Positions 17,947-26,004 of a stretch of DNA of 64,000 nucleotides are shown piece after piece. The number at the start of each line of letters is the position of its first letter. Positions within the stretch are counted from its first letter, which is position 1. Origin of the DNA: Minisyncoccota bacterium (lineage in GTDB: Bacteria; Patescibacteriota; Minisyncoccia; Phycocordibacterales; UBA2100); assembly GCA_036517195.1 (NCBI GenBank), contig DATDXU010000005.1:4975-68974 (forward strand), in the 5' to 3' direction. The position numbers and the translations under genes are program-made. The notes beneath the pieces were generated by a model. It made no database searches and was not told the origin of the DNA. It worked only from the letters and a program-made list of their open reading frames with translations.

Positions 17947-17952
17947 TACTAC

Positions 17953-18516
17953 TCACTCACTTTTCGGCGGGGGGAGTGGGATTACTCCGAGGAGCATGTG
18001 CTCTTGCCTTCCATACTGCCGACGAGAACCTGACATTGTATGGAAAAACTTTCGATATATCTTGTTGACAGGATTATCTTCTGCCGTCCACACAATGATG
18101 GTCGCGTGATTGACATGTGCAGTCTCAACGGTATCAGGTTCAACACAGCAGTGTTTATTTGTGTTGCGCACCCATGTTCCGACGCTCGGAAGACTTTGTT
18201 CTACGAGAGTTGAGGCAACGCCCTGATTACGATACTGCGTGCCGACCGCAAGTTGCTCAAGTTCCACTACGGGCTTTTTTCGATTCCATCCACCCTTTAT
18301 TTCCCACACGATGTATCCAGCGACAGCCCCGTCAATTTCTGCGACGCGGATGTCGAACACTGGGTCGAGGAACCTTGCTTTCAACCACTCAAAAGCGGAT
18401 CCAATGTCAGCGTTACCGGCAAAGCATTCTTGATTTATGTATGCCAAAAAATCCAGATCTTTTATACACGCCGGTAGCACAAGGATTCTTTTTTTGTCGG
18501 TCATCGGTAACCTCAC
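17953..18516 (-). CDS. GNAT-family N-acetyltransferase (the start is probably at MTDKK, about 18504)
   Basis: The central motif QLAVGTQYRNQGVASTLV is an acetyl-CoA-binding (Q/RxxGxG/A)-like motif, inside a GNAT-like fold. Confidence 0.5.
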   Translation of the reverse strand: MRLPMTDKKRILVLPACIKDLDFLAYINQECFAGNADIGSAFEWLKARFLDPVFDIRVAEIDGAVAGYIVWEIKGGWNRKKPVVELEQLAVGTQYRNQGVASTLVEQSLPSVGTWVRNTNKHCCVEPDTVETAHVNHATIIVWTAEDNPVNKIYRKFFHTMSGSRRQYGRQEHMLLGVIPLPPPKSE

Positions 18517-18561
18517 TCTATGTGATTTCTATGATGCAGAATACATTTTTTATCTCCACAA

Positions 18562-19557
18562 TCAAGTGCGCTTGGTTGTGGGAATTCCTATTAATCGAGC
18601 TATGACGGAAGCAAGTTTTGCTGAGTTGTGACGAATGAGAGAGCGCGACAGCGGGTCACCACGTTTTATTTTTGGAATTGTTTCATTGATGAAGTCGCCG
18701 CCGATTGCGTGTTTGCCGTGAGGGAGATTTTCAAATTTCGTAAGCGCTTCTCCTTCGCGAGCATATCTTCGTATCAGTGTATTTGGTGGACGCACATTGT
18801 TGTACAGCACGGTGTCCACTGGGCTCTGTATATATTTTTCAATTTCGCGGGTGTAGTCGGTAACACTGAAGTCGTTCGTGTGATTTTTTCGAGACATTAA
18901 ATTACATATAAAGATTTTTCTTGCGCGACTGTTGCGAACACTTTCTGGAATTCCGCGCACGAGGAAATTTGGCACTAAACTTGAGTAAAAATCTCCCGGC
19001 CCTATGATAATTGCATCTGCTTTTTTGATTGCAAAGAGGGCTTTTGGGTTTGCTTCTACGGAAGGGGAAAGGGTAATGGAGCGTAACTTTTTATGTATAT
19101 TTGTATTGTGAATTGCATTTTGACCGCGCACAACTTTTCCCGTGAGACGTGCAACGAGTGTCGCTTTTTCAAGAGTTGCCGGAACAACATGTCCCTCAAT
19201 GCGCAAAATTTCTCCGGCTGCCTCTACCGCTTTGTCAAAATTTCCTGTTACTTTTTCAAGCGCAGAGAGTAGGAGGTTTCCAAAATTGTGTCCGCGCAGT
19301 TTTCCGCTCGTGAATCGGTAATTCATAAGCTGTCGCATGATGATGTCCGACGTGGATAGAGCAACGAGGCATTGCCGTACATCTCCAGGAGGCAACACCC
19401 CAAGTTCGTCGCGCAACATTCCAGTTGACCCACCATCGTCCGCCATAGCAACAATTGCAGTTAAATTACAGTCGTACTTTTTGAGTCCGGAAAGGACTGT
19501 AAATGTTCCAGTGCCTCCCCCCATAACGACGATGCTTTTTCTCTCGTGTTTCCGCAT
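18562..19557 (-). CDS. yvcK: Gluconeogenesis factor, YvcK/CofD (UPF0052) family
   Basis: IVVMGGGTGTFTVLSGLK...AIVAMADDGGSTG. Confidence 0.8.
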   Translation of the reverse strand: MRKHERKSIVVMGGGTGTFTVLSGLKKYDCNLTAIVAMADDGGSTGMLRDELGVLPPGDVRQCLVALSTSDIIMRQLMNYRFTSGKLRGHNFGNLLLSALEKVTGNFDKAVEAAGEILRIEGHVVPATLEKATLVARLTGKVVRGQNAIHNTNIHKKLRSITLSPSVEANPKALFAIKKADAIIIGPGDFYSSLVPNFLVRGIPESVRNSRARKIFICNLMSRKNHTNDFSVTDYTREIEKYIQSPVDTVLYNNVRPPNTLIRRYAREGEALTKFENLPHGKHAIGGDFINETIPKIKRGDPLSRSLIRHNSAKLASVIARLIGIPTTKRT

Positions 19558-19616
19558 ACAGGCATAGTAGCAAAAGAAGAGCCCGCCACCACGTGTGTGT
19601 GGGGCGGGACATGTTT

Positions 19617-20006
19617 TCAGACTTGTTCATCGATGTATATGGCGTACCTCCAGCCGGATATGACGCAAATACCACTGCCTGCCGGCACGCGATCTATGTG
19701 CCGAATCATGTCGCACACGAATACATTCCACGCGCCAGCACGCTCACACGCATGTCGCAATGATGCCTTGGGTGTCCTGCGTTCAGTTTCTTGTTGCAAA
19801 AGATGCAGAATATATACATGCCCGCGTAGCACATGCGGAATGTCTGCATGTTTGTACGTGCTATGTGGCGCCGACTGTTTGATTGGGCACTCGAGCGGTG
19901 CTTCTACACCCCTAAACACTCCGTGCGCTAGTTGTAACAGCGCTCGGGACGCAACGTTGTGTTCGTGAGGAAGAAGCACGTCGGTCGGCGCAGTTTCAAT
20001 AACCAT
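19617..20006 (-). CDS. Hypothetical protein with an HEH motif
   Basis: The 129-aa ORF is more protein-like than the Cys-rich ORF overlapping it on the plus strand. Confidence 0.25.
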   Translation of the reverse strand: MVIETAPTDVLLPHEHNVASRALLQLAHGVFRGVEAPLECPIKQSAPHSTYKHADIPHVLRGHVYILHLLQQETERRTPKASLRHACERAGAWNVFVCDMIRHIDRVPAGSGICVISGWRYAIYIDEQV

Positions 20007-20101
20007 GACTTTTTCCTTTATCGCAATGAAGTCTTTAGACCTTATACCACAAAAACATCGTTTGCGCTCTCACTATTGTTTCGTGCACGATTTGAAGTAC
20101 A

Positions 20102-20767
20102 GTGCTACTCATGGGGGAACGGGTGAGAAAACAGCGGGCGCAAAAATTAGTCTCATATCTGAAACGGGTATATCCGAAGCCAAAAAGTGAACTACAGTAT
20201 CACGCGCCATTTCAATTTCTTGTTGCGGTTGTTTTATCCGCACAGTGCACCGACAAAGTTGTAAATCGTACGACGGAAGCATTGTTCAAGAAATATAAAA
20301 CAACGGACGATTTTGCGCGCGCACAACCGCGGGTGCTCGAGCGTGAACTTTCTTCAATTCCGTTTTTTCGCAACAAAACGAAGGCGATTATTGCAACCGC
20401 AAAAAGTATTCGTGATGAATATGGTGGCAGGGTTCCAAAAACAGAAACGGAACTCATCTCACTTTCCGGTATTGGCTACAAAACAGCGCACGTTATTTTA
20501 GGGGAACTGTATGGCGTGTGGGAGGGCATCGCCACGGACACTCATGTAAAGCGTTTCGCGCGAAAATTTGGTTTAACCGAACACACCGACCTCAAAAAGA
20601 TTTCAAAAGATTTGGAACGATTGGTTCCAAAAAAAGATTGGAAGTATGTAAACAACGGGTTCGTATTGTATGGGCGGTATGCATGTCCTGCTCGTCTGCA
20701 CGAATGTGAGCAGCACCCTCTGACAAAACTGTGGCAACCTGCGGGGAAAAAATGGCCGAGAACCTAG
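20102..20767 (+). CDS. nth: Endonuclease III (HhH-GPD, with Fe-S cluster)
   Basis: Has an HhH motif (LPGVG-like LSGIGYKTAHVIL). The C-terminal C-x6-C-x2-C-x5-C cluster is partially visible (CPARLHECEQHP). Confidence 0.75.
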   Translation: MLLMGERVRKQRAQKLVSYLKRVYPKPKSELQYHAPFQFLVAVVLSAQCTDKVVNRTTEALFKKYKTTDDFARAQPRVLERELSSIPFFRNKTKAIIATAKSIRDEYGGRVPKTETELISLSGIGYKTAHVILGELYGVWEGIATDTHVKRFARKFGLTEHTDLKKISKDLERLVPKKDWKYVNNGFVLYGRYACPARLHECEQHPLTKLWQPAGKKWPRT

Positions 20768-20770
20768 CGG

Positions 20771-21877
20771 CTACAGGCTTGCCACGAGCCTCTGTTGTTT
20801 TTTGTGCCGCTGTAGTGCGAGCTGTATGAGGGTGTCAACAAGTTTCGCATAAGGGACTCCAGACGCTTCCCACAATTTTGGATACATGCTGATATTCGTG
20901 AATCCTGGAATCGTGTTGATTTCATTCACATATATCGCGCCTTTTTTTGTAACAAAAAAATCTACACGCCCCATACCCTCACATCCGAGCGTTTTGAATG
21001 TTTTGATTGCAAGATTTTGAATGCACTGTGTTGTCGCGCGCGAGAGTTTTGCCGGAATGTCCAGTGTCGCTCCCTCGGGGTCTATATATTTTGCCTCGTA
21101 AGAATAAAAATCGTGATGCACTACCACTTCCCCGAGGATGGAAGCTTTCGGATTTTCGTTTCCCAAGACGGCGCACTCAATTTCGCGCCCGTGAATACAC
21201 TCTTCCAGTATGATTTTCGTATCAAAACGAAACGCGTGGCGTGTCGCACGTTCAAATTCTTTTTTAGTTCGCACTTTTGAAATTCCGACTGAAGAGCCGA
21301 GGTTTGCCGGCTTCACAAACAGAGGGAGACCGAGTTTTTTAGTCGCAGACCTCCACGATACAGGGGACTCACGTGTTGCAATTAGAAATTGTGCACTCGG
21401 AATACCCGCGTCTCGCAAAAGACGCTTCATCACATCTTTGTCCATTCCGACTGCGCTTCCCAAAACTCCCGCTCCCACGAACGGCACGTCAAGTAGTCGC
21501 AAAAATCCCTGCACGGTTCCGTCTTCGCCGAACGGGCCATGAAGAACAGGGAACACCACGCCTATGTCTTTTTGCTTTGCGCCGATGTCTCCCAGCGGGG
21601 CACCTGTTTCTTTTTGTGTCACGGTGAGCGCCCGACTGATTTTCGATGCTGATGCGCCGAGCAAAATTTCAGATTGTTTTGGGGGAAGTAATTGTCCCGT
21701 TTTTGTCATTCCAACAAGAATCACCTCATATGTTCTTGGATCAAGAGAGGCGATGATATTTCGAGCAGAGATGAGAGATACCTCGTGTTCTGCCGATTTT
21801 CCGCCAAAAAGCACTGCAACGCGGAGTTTTTTCTTCATACCAATAGAGTACGAGTTGTCAGGCGCGCTCGCAACCAC
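20771..21877 (-). CDS. ddl: D-alanine--D-alanine ligase (the start is probably at MKKKLRV, about 21835)
   Basis: VLFGGKSAEHEVSLISA, an ATP-grasp fold and the C-terminal EINTIPG motif. Confidence 0.85.
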   Translation of the reverse strand: MVASAPDNSYSIGMKKKLRVAVLFGGKSAEHEVSLISARNIIASLDPRTYEVILVGMTKTGQLLPPKQSEILLGASASKISRALTVTQKETGAPLGDIGAKQKDIGVVFPVLHGPFGEDGTVQGFLRLLDVPFVGAGVLGSAVGMDKDVMKRLLRDAGIPSAQFLIATRESPVSWRSATKKLGLPLFVKPANLGSSVGISKVRTKKEFERATRHAFRFDTKIILEECIHGREIECAVLGNENPKASILGEVVVHHDFYSYEAKYIDPEGATLDIPAKLSRATTQCIQNLAIKTFKTLGCEGMGRVDFFVTKKGAIYVNEINTIPGFTNISMYPKLWEASGVPYAKLVDTLIQLALQRHKKQQRLVASL

Positions 21878-21901
21878 GTGTGTTTTATGTACTATAGAGC
21901 G

Positions 21902-22600
21902 ATGGGTCGTAGAAAAAAGAGGAGGGTTGCGGTGTTTGATGTGGACGGGACGATTTTTCGCTCCAGCTTACTTATACAAATTGTCACAGCATTGATTAAG
22001 AAGGGCATCTTTCCAAAAGACGCGGAAGCGATCTTCGAGCGCGACCAAAAGAAATGGCTTGACCGCGAGGGAGATTACACCGCATACGTAGAGGGTGCAG
22101 TACGTGCGTTCGCCAAACATATTCGCGGAGTTCATTACAGTATATTGGTGGATACGGCGGAAAAGCTCACGGAAGAGCAGTGGAAGCGCACGTATCGGTA
22201 CACGCGGGATCTTATTTATGAACTGAAGAAGAGGGATTATTTTTTACTTGCCGTATCACATTCGCCAAAAACGGTGCTCGACAAATTTTGTCCGCGCCTC
22301 GGGTTTGATAAAACGTATGGCACGCTGTATGAGATTGATACCAATGAGTGTTTTACGGGGTTGGTAACTGAAAGGCATGTTATCCAGAATAAAGCGGGCA
22401 TTCTGGAGCGCGCTGTTGAAAAAGAAAACCTGACACTCGCGGGTTCCGTGGGGGTGGGAGACACGGAGTCCGATATTTCATTTCTGCGCATGGTTTCAAA
22501 ACCCATTTGTTTTAATCCGAACGCGAAATTGTATGCGCACGCGAAGCGTGCAAAGTGGCGCGTGGTCGTGGAGCGCAAGGACGTTATTTATAAACTTTAA
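21902..22600 (+). CDS. HAD-family hydrolase (HAD-IB, phosphoserine-phosphatase-like)
   Basis: The DVDGT motif within VAVFDVDGTIFRS, and a later GDTESD motif. Confidence 0.6.
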   Translation: MGRRKKRRVAVFDVDGTIFRSSLLIQIVTALIKKGIFPKDAEAIFERDQKKWLDREGDYTAYVEGAVRAFAKHIRGVHYSILVDTAEKLTEEQWKRTYRYTRDLIYELKKRDYFLLAVSHSPKTVLDKFCPRLGFDKTYGTLYEIDTNECFTGLVTERHVIQNKAGILERAVEKENLTLAGSVGVGDTESDISFLRMVSKPICFNPNAKLYAHAKRAKWRVVVERKDVIYKL

Positions 22601-22602
22601 AC

Positions 22603-23394
22603 ATGAGGTTTCTTCGGAATGTTTTTGCGTATTACCGGGCGCATGGGCGGCACGATTTGCCGTGGAGGGCGACGAGAGACCCGTACAAGATTTTGGTTTC
22701 GGAAGTTATGCTTCAACAAACGCAAGCGGCGCGTGTTATTCCAAAATATAAAGAATTTCTGAAAGTTTTTCCGGATATTCGGATTCTTGCGCGCTCGCCT
22801 CTCTCCAGTGTTCTTACGGCATGGAGCGGGTTGGGATATAACAGACGCGCCAAATATCTGCACGATGCGGCAAAAATTGTGGTCAAGAAGTACCGTGGTC
22901 GTATTCCGCACGACGCGGCGACGTTAATCACTTTGCCGGGGGTTGGTGAATATACTGCCTCTGCAATACGCGCGTTTGCGTTCAATCAACCTGATGTTTT
23001 GATTGAAACAAATATTCGTACTGTATTTTTTCACTTGGGAGTACGTACGCGCAGAAAAATTAAGGATGAAGAATTGCGTCCGTTGGTTGAAGATGCCCTT
23101 AGGCGCTCACGCATGTCTCCGCGAGAATTTTATTCCGCGTTGATGGACTATGGCGCGTATCTAAAAGCATCTGGCGTACGATTGAACGCACGAAGTCGGC
23201 ACTACACAAAACAATCGCGATTTCAAGGTTCTTTGCGCGAAGTGCGTGGCGCAATTTTAAAAACCCTGACTGCGCGCATGTCAACTGATGCGACACGCAA
23301 GCGATACAAAAATACATTTGAAAAAGCGCTTGTGTCCCTCGTGCGAGAGGGCTTAGTGGAGCGTCGTGGGAGTATGGTGCATCTTGCGCGTTAA
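22603..23394 (+). CDS. HhH-GPD DNA glycosylase, MutY-like, lacking Fe-S cysteines
   Basis: LPWR...DPYKILVSEVMLQQTQ and the HhH motif LPGVGEYTASAI. There is no C-terminal Cys cluster. Confidence 0.55.
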   Translation: MRFLRNVFAYYRAHGRHDLPWRATRDPYKILVSEVMLQQTQAARVIPKYKEFLKVFPDIRILARSPLSSVLTAWSGLGYNRRAKYLHDAAKIVVKKYRGRIPHDAATLITLPGVGEYTASAIRAFAFNQPDVLIETNIRTVFFHLGVRTRRKIKDEELRPLVEDALRRSRMSPREFYSALMDYGAYLKASGVRLNARSRHYTKQSRFQGSLREVRGAILKTLTARMSTDATRKRYKNTFEKALVSLVREGLVERRGSMVHLAR

Positions 23395-23401
23395 TCTAGG
23401 G

Positions 23402-23450
23402 TGGTATACCCCGTGATATAGTGGCTTTGCCAATATCACAGGGTATACTT
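23402..23450. promoter_or_regulatory. Inverted repeat GGTATACCCCGTGATAT-N15-ATATCACAGGGTATAC, followed by TTTTTTG
   Basis: The 16/17 bp arms are too long-looped for a typical terminator. It sits between the MutY-like stop and the next ORF. Confidence 0.3.
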
Positions 23451-23452
23451 TT

Positions 23453-24103
23453 TTGATGGACAAAGAACGTACTCTTGAATCTTCAGTATCCACAAAATAT
23501 GTCCATCGGGAAGGCGGCGAGTGGTATATGCGACTTGATGAATCCTCACGCGGGGTCAAAATACCCAAAGATGTGGCGCGTGCCATTGTGTTCGCATTTC
23601 AATTACAAAAGCGCCGGCAATCAGAAAGCAATATGCGGACTCGCAGAATATATGCAGATATAAATTGTCATAAAACGGCACTCCATGCGATTGGGGTTAT
23701 AGACAGTGGGTACAATCCGAAGGATTCGTATAACATCAGTTTTTTTCCGAGTGAACAGTATGTGCCATATAGGTCTATTGAGAACTTAGAGGAACATTTG
23801 CGCACAGTAGGAGGGAAGGGGACATTGTTATTTGTGCAATGCAAAATGTCACCTGCCCCTTTCGCGGGGCCGTATCATTCGTTTCTCGCGGGTTTAGATG
23901 AGGGGGGGCGTTTCGTTTGCTTTGAAAAAGTTGGCGCAAATCTGTATCCATTTAGAATTACCTCACTCTCAACAATTTACAAGGAGTATAAAGAGGGTTG
24001 GTGGGCTTGGGGATCAGTTGAATCGATTCAAAATCATCCAATAACTCAAGTGATGAGGAAGCTAAAGGGTTCCCCTCCGCGAGATTTTAAATCGAAACAA
24101 TAA
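23453..24103 (+). CDS. Hypothetical protein with conserved-looking Cys and His (FVQCKMS...GPYHSF)
   Basis: 216 aa. A permuted papain-like thiol peptidase fold is only a guess. Confidence 0.3.
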   Translation: MMDKERTLESSVSTKYVHREGGEWYMRLDESSRGVKIPKDVARAIVFAFQLQKRRQSESNMRTRRIYADINCHKTALHAIGVIDSGYNPKDSYNISFFPSEQYVPYRSIENLEEHLRTVGGKGTLLFVQCKMSPAPFAGPYHSFLAGLDEGGRFVCFEKVGANLYPFRITSLSTIYKEYKEGWWAWGSVESIQNHPITQVMRKLKGSPPRDFKSKQ

Positions 24104-25991
24104 CGGGAATTACAATCGGACGTTTCATTGTTTTTTGCAATAAGAATCGGGAGACGGAGTCCGCGAGGTCTTCACGCGCGATGTCTAGGTCCGCGGCGCG
24201 CGGATTCCTGAACGACCCCTCAACACTTTTGCGGATAATGAGCCGTGTTTGGTCCATAAGTTCTTTGTTGTCTCGCAGGTACACGAACCCGCGCGATATG
24301 ATGTCTGGTGATTTGTGAAGTTTTCCACTTCGGCGTTCTACCGTTGCAACAACAACACAGAAGCCCTCTTGTCCAAGCGATTTTCTGTCGCGCATTAAAA
24401 CATCGGACAACTCTGAAACCACATGTCCCTCAACGACACGCAATTCAGATGGTGCTTTGTATGGGGTTTTCACGATTCGTTTTCCGCCGTCCTGTATTTC
24501 AATAACCATTCCATTGTCTGGTATGACGACATTTTCTTTTGGTGTTCCCAATTCTTCCGCGAGGTCGGCGTGTACACGGAGCATGTAGTGGTAGCCGTGT
24601 ACGGGGATAAAGAATTTTGAGTTGATTTGCTTATGCATCCACGCCGCCTCTTCGCGGTTTGCATGACCAGACGCATGAACGTCGGAGGCGTGGTAGGTAA
24701 TGATGTGCGCTCCCTGTCGTGATAGGTTGTCTTTCAATTTTTGTACTGGTCGTTCGTTGCCGGGAATAACTGAAGACGAGAGAACAATCGTATCTTTTGG
24801 TGTGAGGCGTATGTATTTGTGAGTTTTGTTTCCAATGCGCGCAAGGGATGCGAATTCGTCTCCCTGAGCGCCCGTTGCCAGTATCACAAGCTTTTCTGGA
24901 GGGTAATCCATCATGTGTTCAACAGCGACGACGGTGTCGTCTCTATATTTCACCAGTCCCAATTCACGGGCGATTTCTATGTTTGTGCGCATTGACCTGC
25001 CGTCAACGATTACTTTTTTTCCATATTTTTCCGCAAAGTGAACGACGCGCATTAATCGCTCTAAATGAGAAGCAAACATCGCAATAATGATGCGATCTTT
25101 TGCGTTCTGGACGATTTGTTCCAGTGTGTGGTACACATTTTGCTCGGGTATGGAAAACCCCGGTTGCCACACGTTTGTGGAATCCATAAGAAGACACAGC
25201 ACTTTTCTGTCTTTGAAGACGCTGAATTTTTCGAACTCTTCTGGAAGCGGTTTGCCGTCAATGTGGTTTAATTTTATGTCTCCCGTGAAGACGATGTCGC
25301 CCCAAGCGGTTTCTATGATGATACCCATGGACTCGGGGATGGTGTGTGTGACATCAAAGAAGCTGATTGTGTGGCTTCCGATTTGAATTGACTCTGCTTT
25401 TTCTACCTCACGAATGGTGACTGGGGATGTTCCGGCGAATTCTTCTTGGCGCCGCTGAATCATTTTTGAAGTTAGGCGGCGTGTGTAAATCGGCGGGTTC
25501 CCGATGCGGTCTAAGATATAGGGAATGCCTCCGATGTGATCAAGGTGTCCGTGTGAAATAAGAACGGCGCGTATTTTATCTCGGCGTTCTTCCAAGTATC
25601 GCGAGTTCGGCAGAATATAATCTATGCCCGGAGTCTCATCTTCTTTAAATTGGAATCCGCAGTCGAGTACGAAAATGTCGTCACCCACCTCAATTGCCGT
25701 CATGTTGCGACCAACTTCTTCAACTCCGCCAAGCGGAATAATACGCACGGTGTCATGTTTTGGCGGAGGGATTGGGCTGGCGTGGTCTCGTTTCTCACTT
25801 GATTTTTGGTGTGAAAGGTGCACTTTGCCCCGTCCTCGCGGGGGACGTTGTCCTCCGCCGAAGGAGCGTGTGTGTTTGCGTCGTGGTGCGTGCGAAGGAG
25901 CGTTGGTAGAACCCCATCTTCGCGGGTGGTTTTCTTTTACGGGCGAAGGGGCGCCTGTATTTTTTGTAGTATGTTGAATAGGTTCAATCAT
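24087..25991 (-). CDS. rnj: Ribonuclease J (metallo-beta-lactamase/beta-CASP family) with a basic N-terminal extension of about 85 aa
   Basis: The HGHLDHIG motif plus beta-CASP and C-terminal domains. The N-terminus is R/P/G/H-rich and low in complexity. Confidence 0.8.
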   Translation of the reverse strand: MIEPIQHTTKNTGAPSPVKENHPRRWGSTNAPSHAPRRKHTRSFGGGQRPPRGRGKVHLSHQKSSEKRDHASPIPPPKHDTVRIIPLGGVEEVGRNMTAIEVGDDIFVLDCGFQFKEDETPGIDYILPNSRYLEERRDKIRAVLISHGHLDHIGGIPYILDRIGNPPIYTRRLTSKMIQRRQEEFAGTSPVTIREVEKAESIQIGSHTISFFDVTHTIPESMGIIIETAWGDIVFTGDIKLNHIDGKPLPEEFEKFSVFKDRKVLCLLMDSTNVWQPGFSIPEQNVYHTLEQIVQNAKDRIIIAMFASHLERLMRVVHFAEKYGKKVIVDGRSMRTNIEIARELGLVKYRDDTVVAVEHMMDYPPEKLVILATGAQGDEFASLARIGNKTHKYIRLTPKDTIVLSSSVIPGNERPVQKLKDNLSRQGAHIITYHASDVHASGHANREEAAWMHKQINSKFFIPVHGYHYMLRVHADLAEELGTPKENVVIPDNGMVIEIQDGGKRIVKTPYKAPSELRVVEGHVVSELSDVLMRDRKSLGQEGFCVVVATVERRSGKLHKSPDIISRGFVYLRDNKELMDQTRLIIRKSVEGSFRNPRAADLDIAREDLADSVSRFLLQKTMKRPIVIPVIVSI

Positions 25992-26004
25992 GAGTGTCGT
26001 GTGT

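Noticed and set aside
19546-19968. Plus-strand 140-aa Cys/Ser/Thr-rich ORF overlapping the 19617..20006 minus-strand ORF
   Set aside because: Its composition looks non-protein-like. I kept the minus-strand ORF, and only at low confidence.
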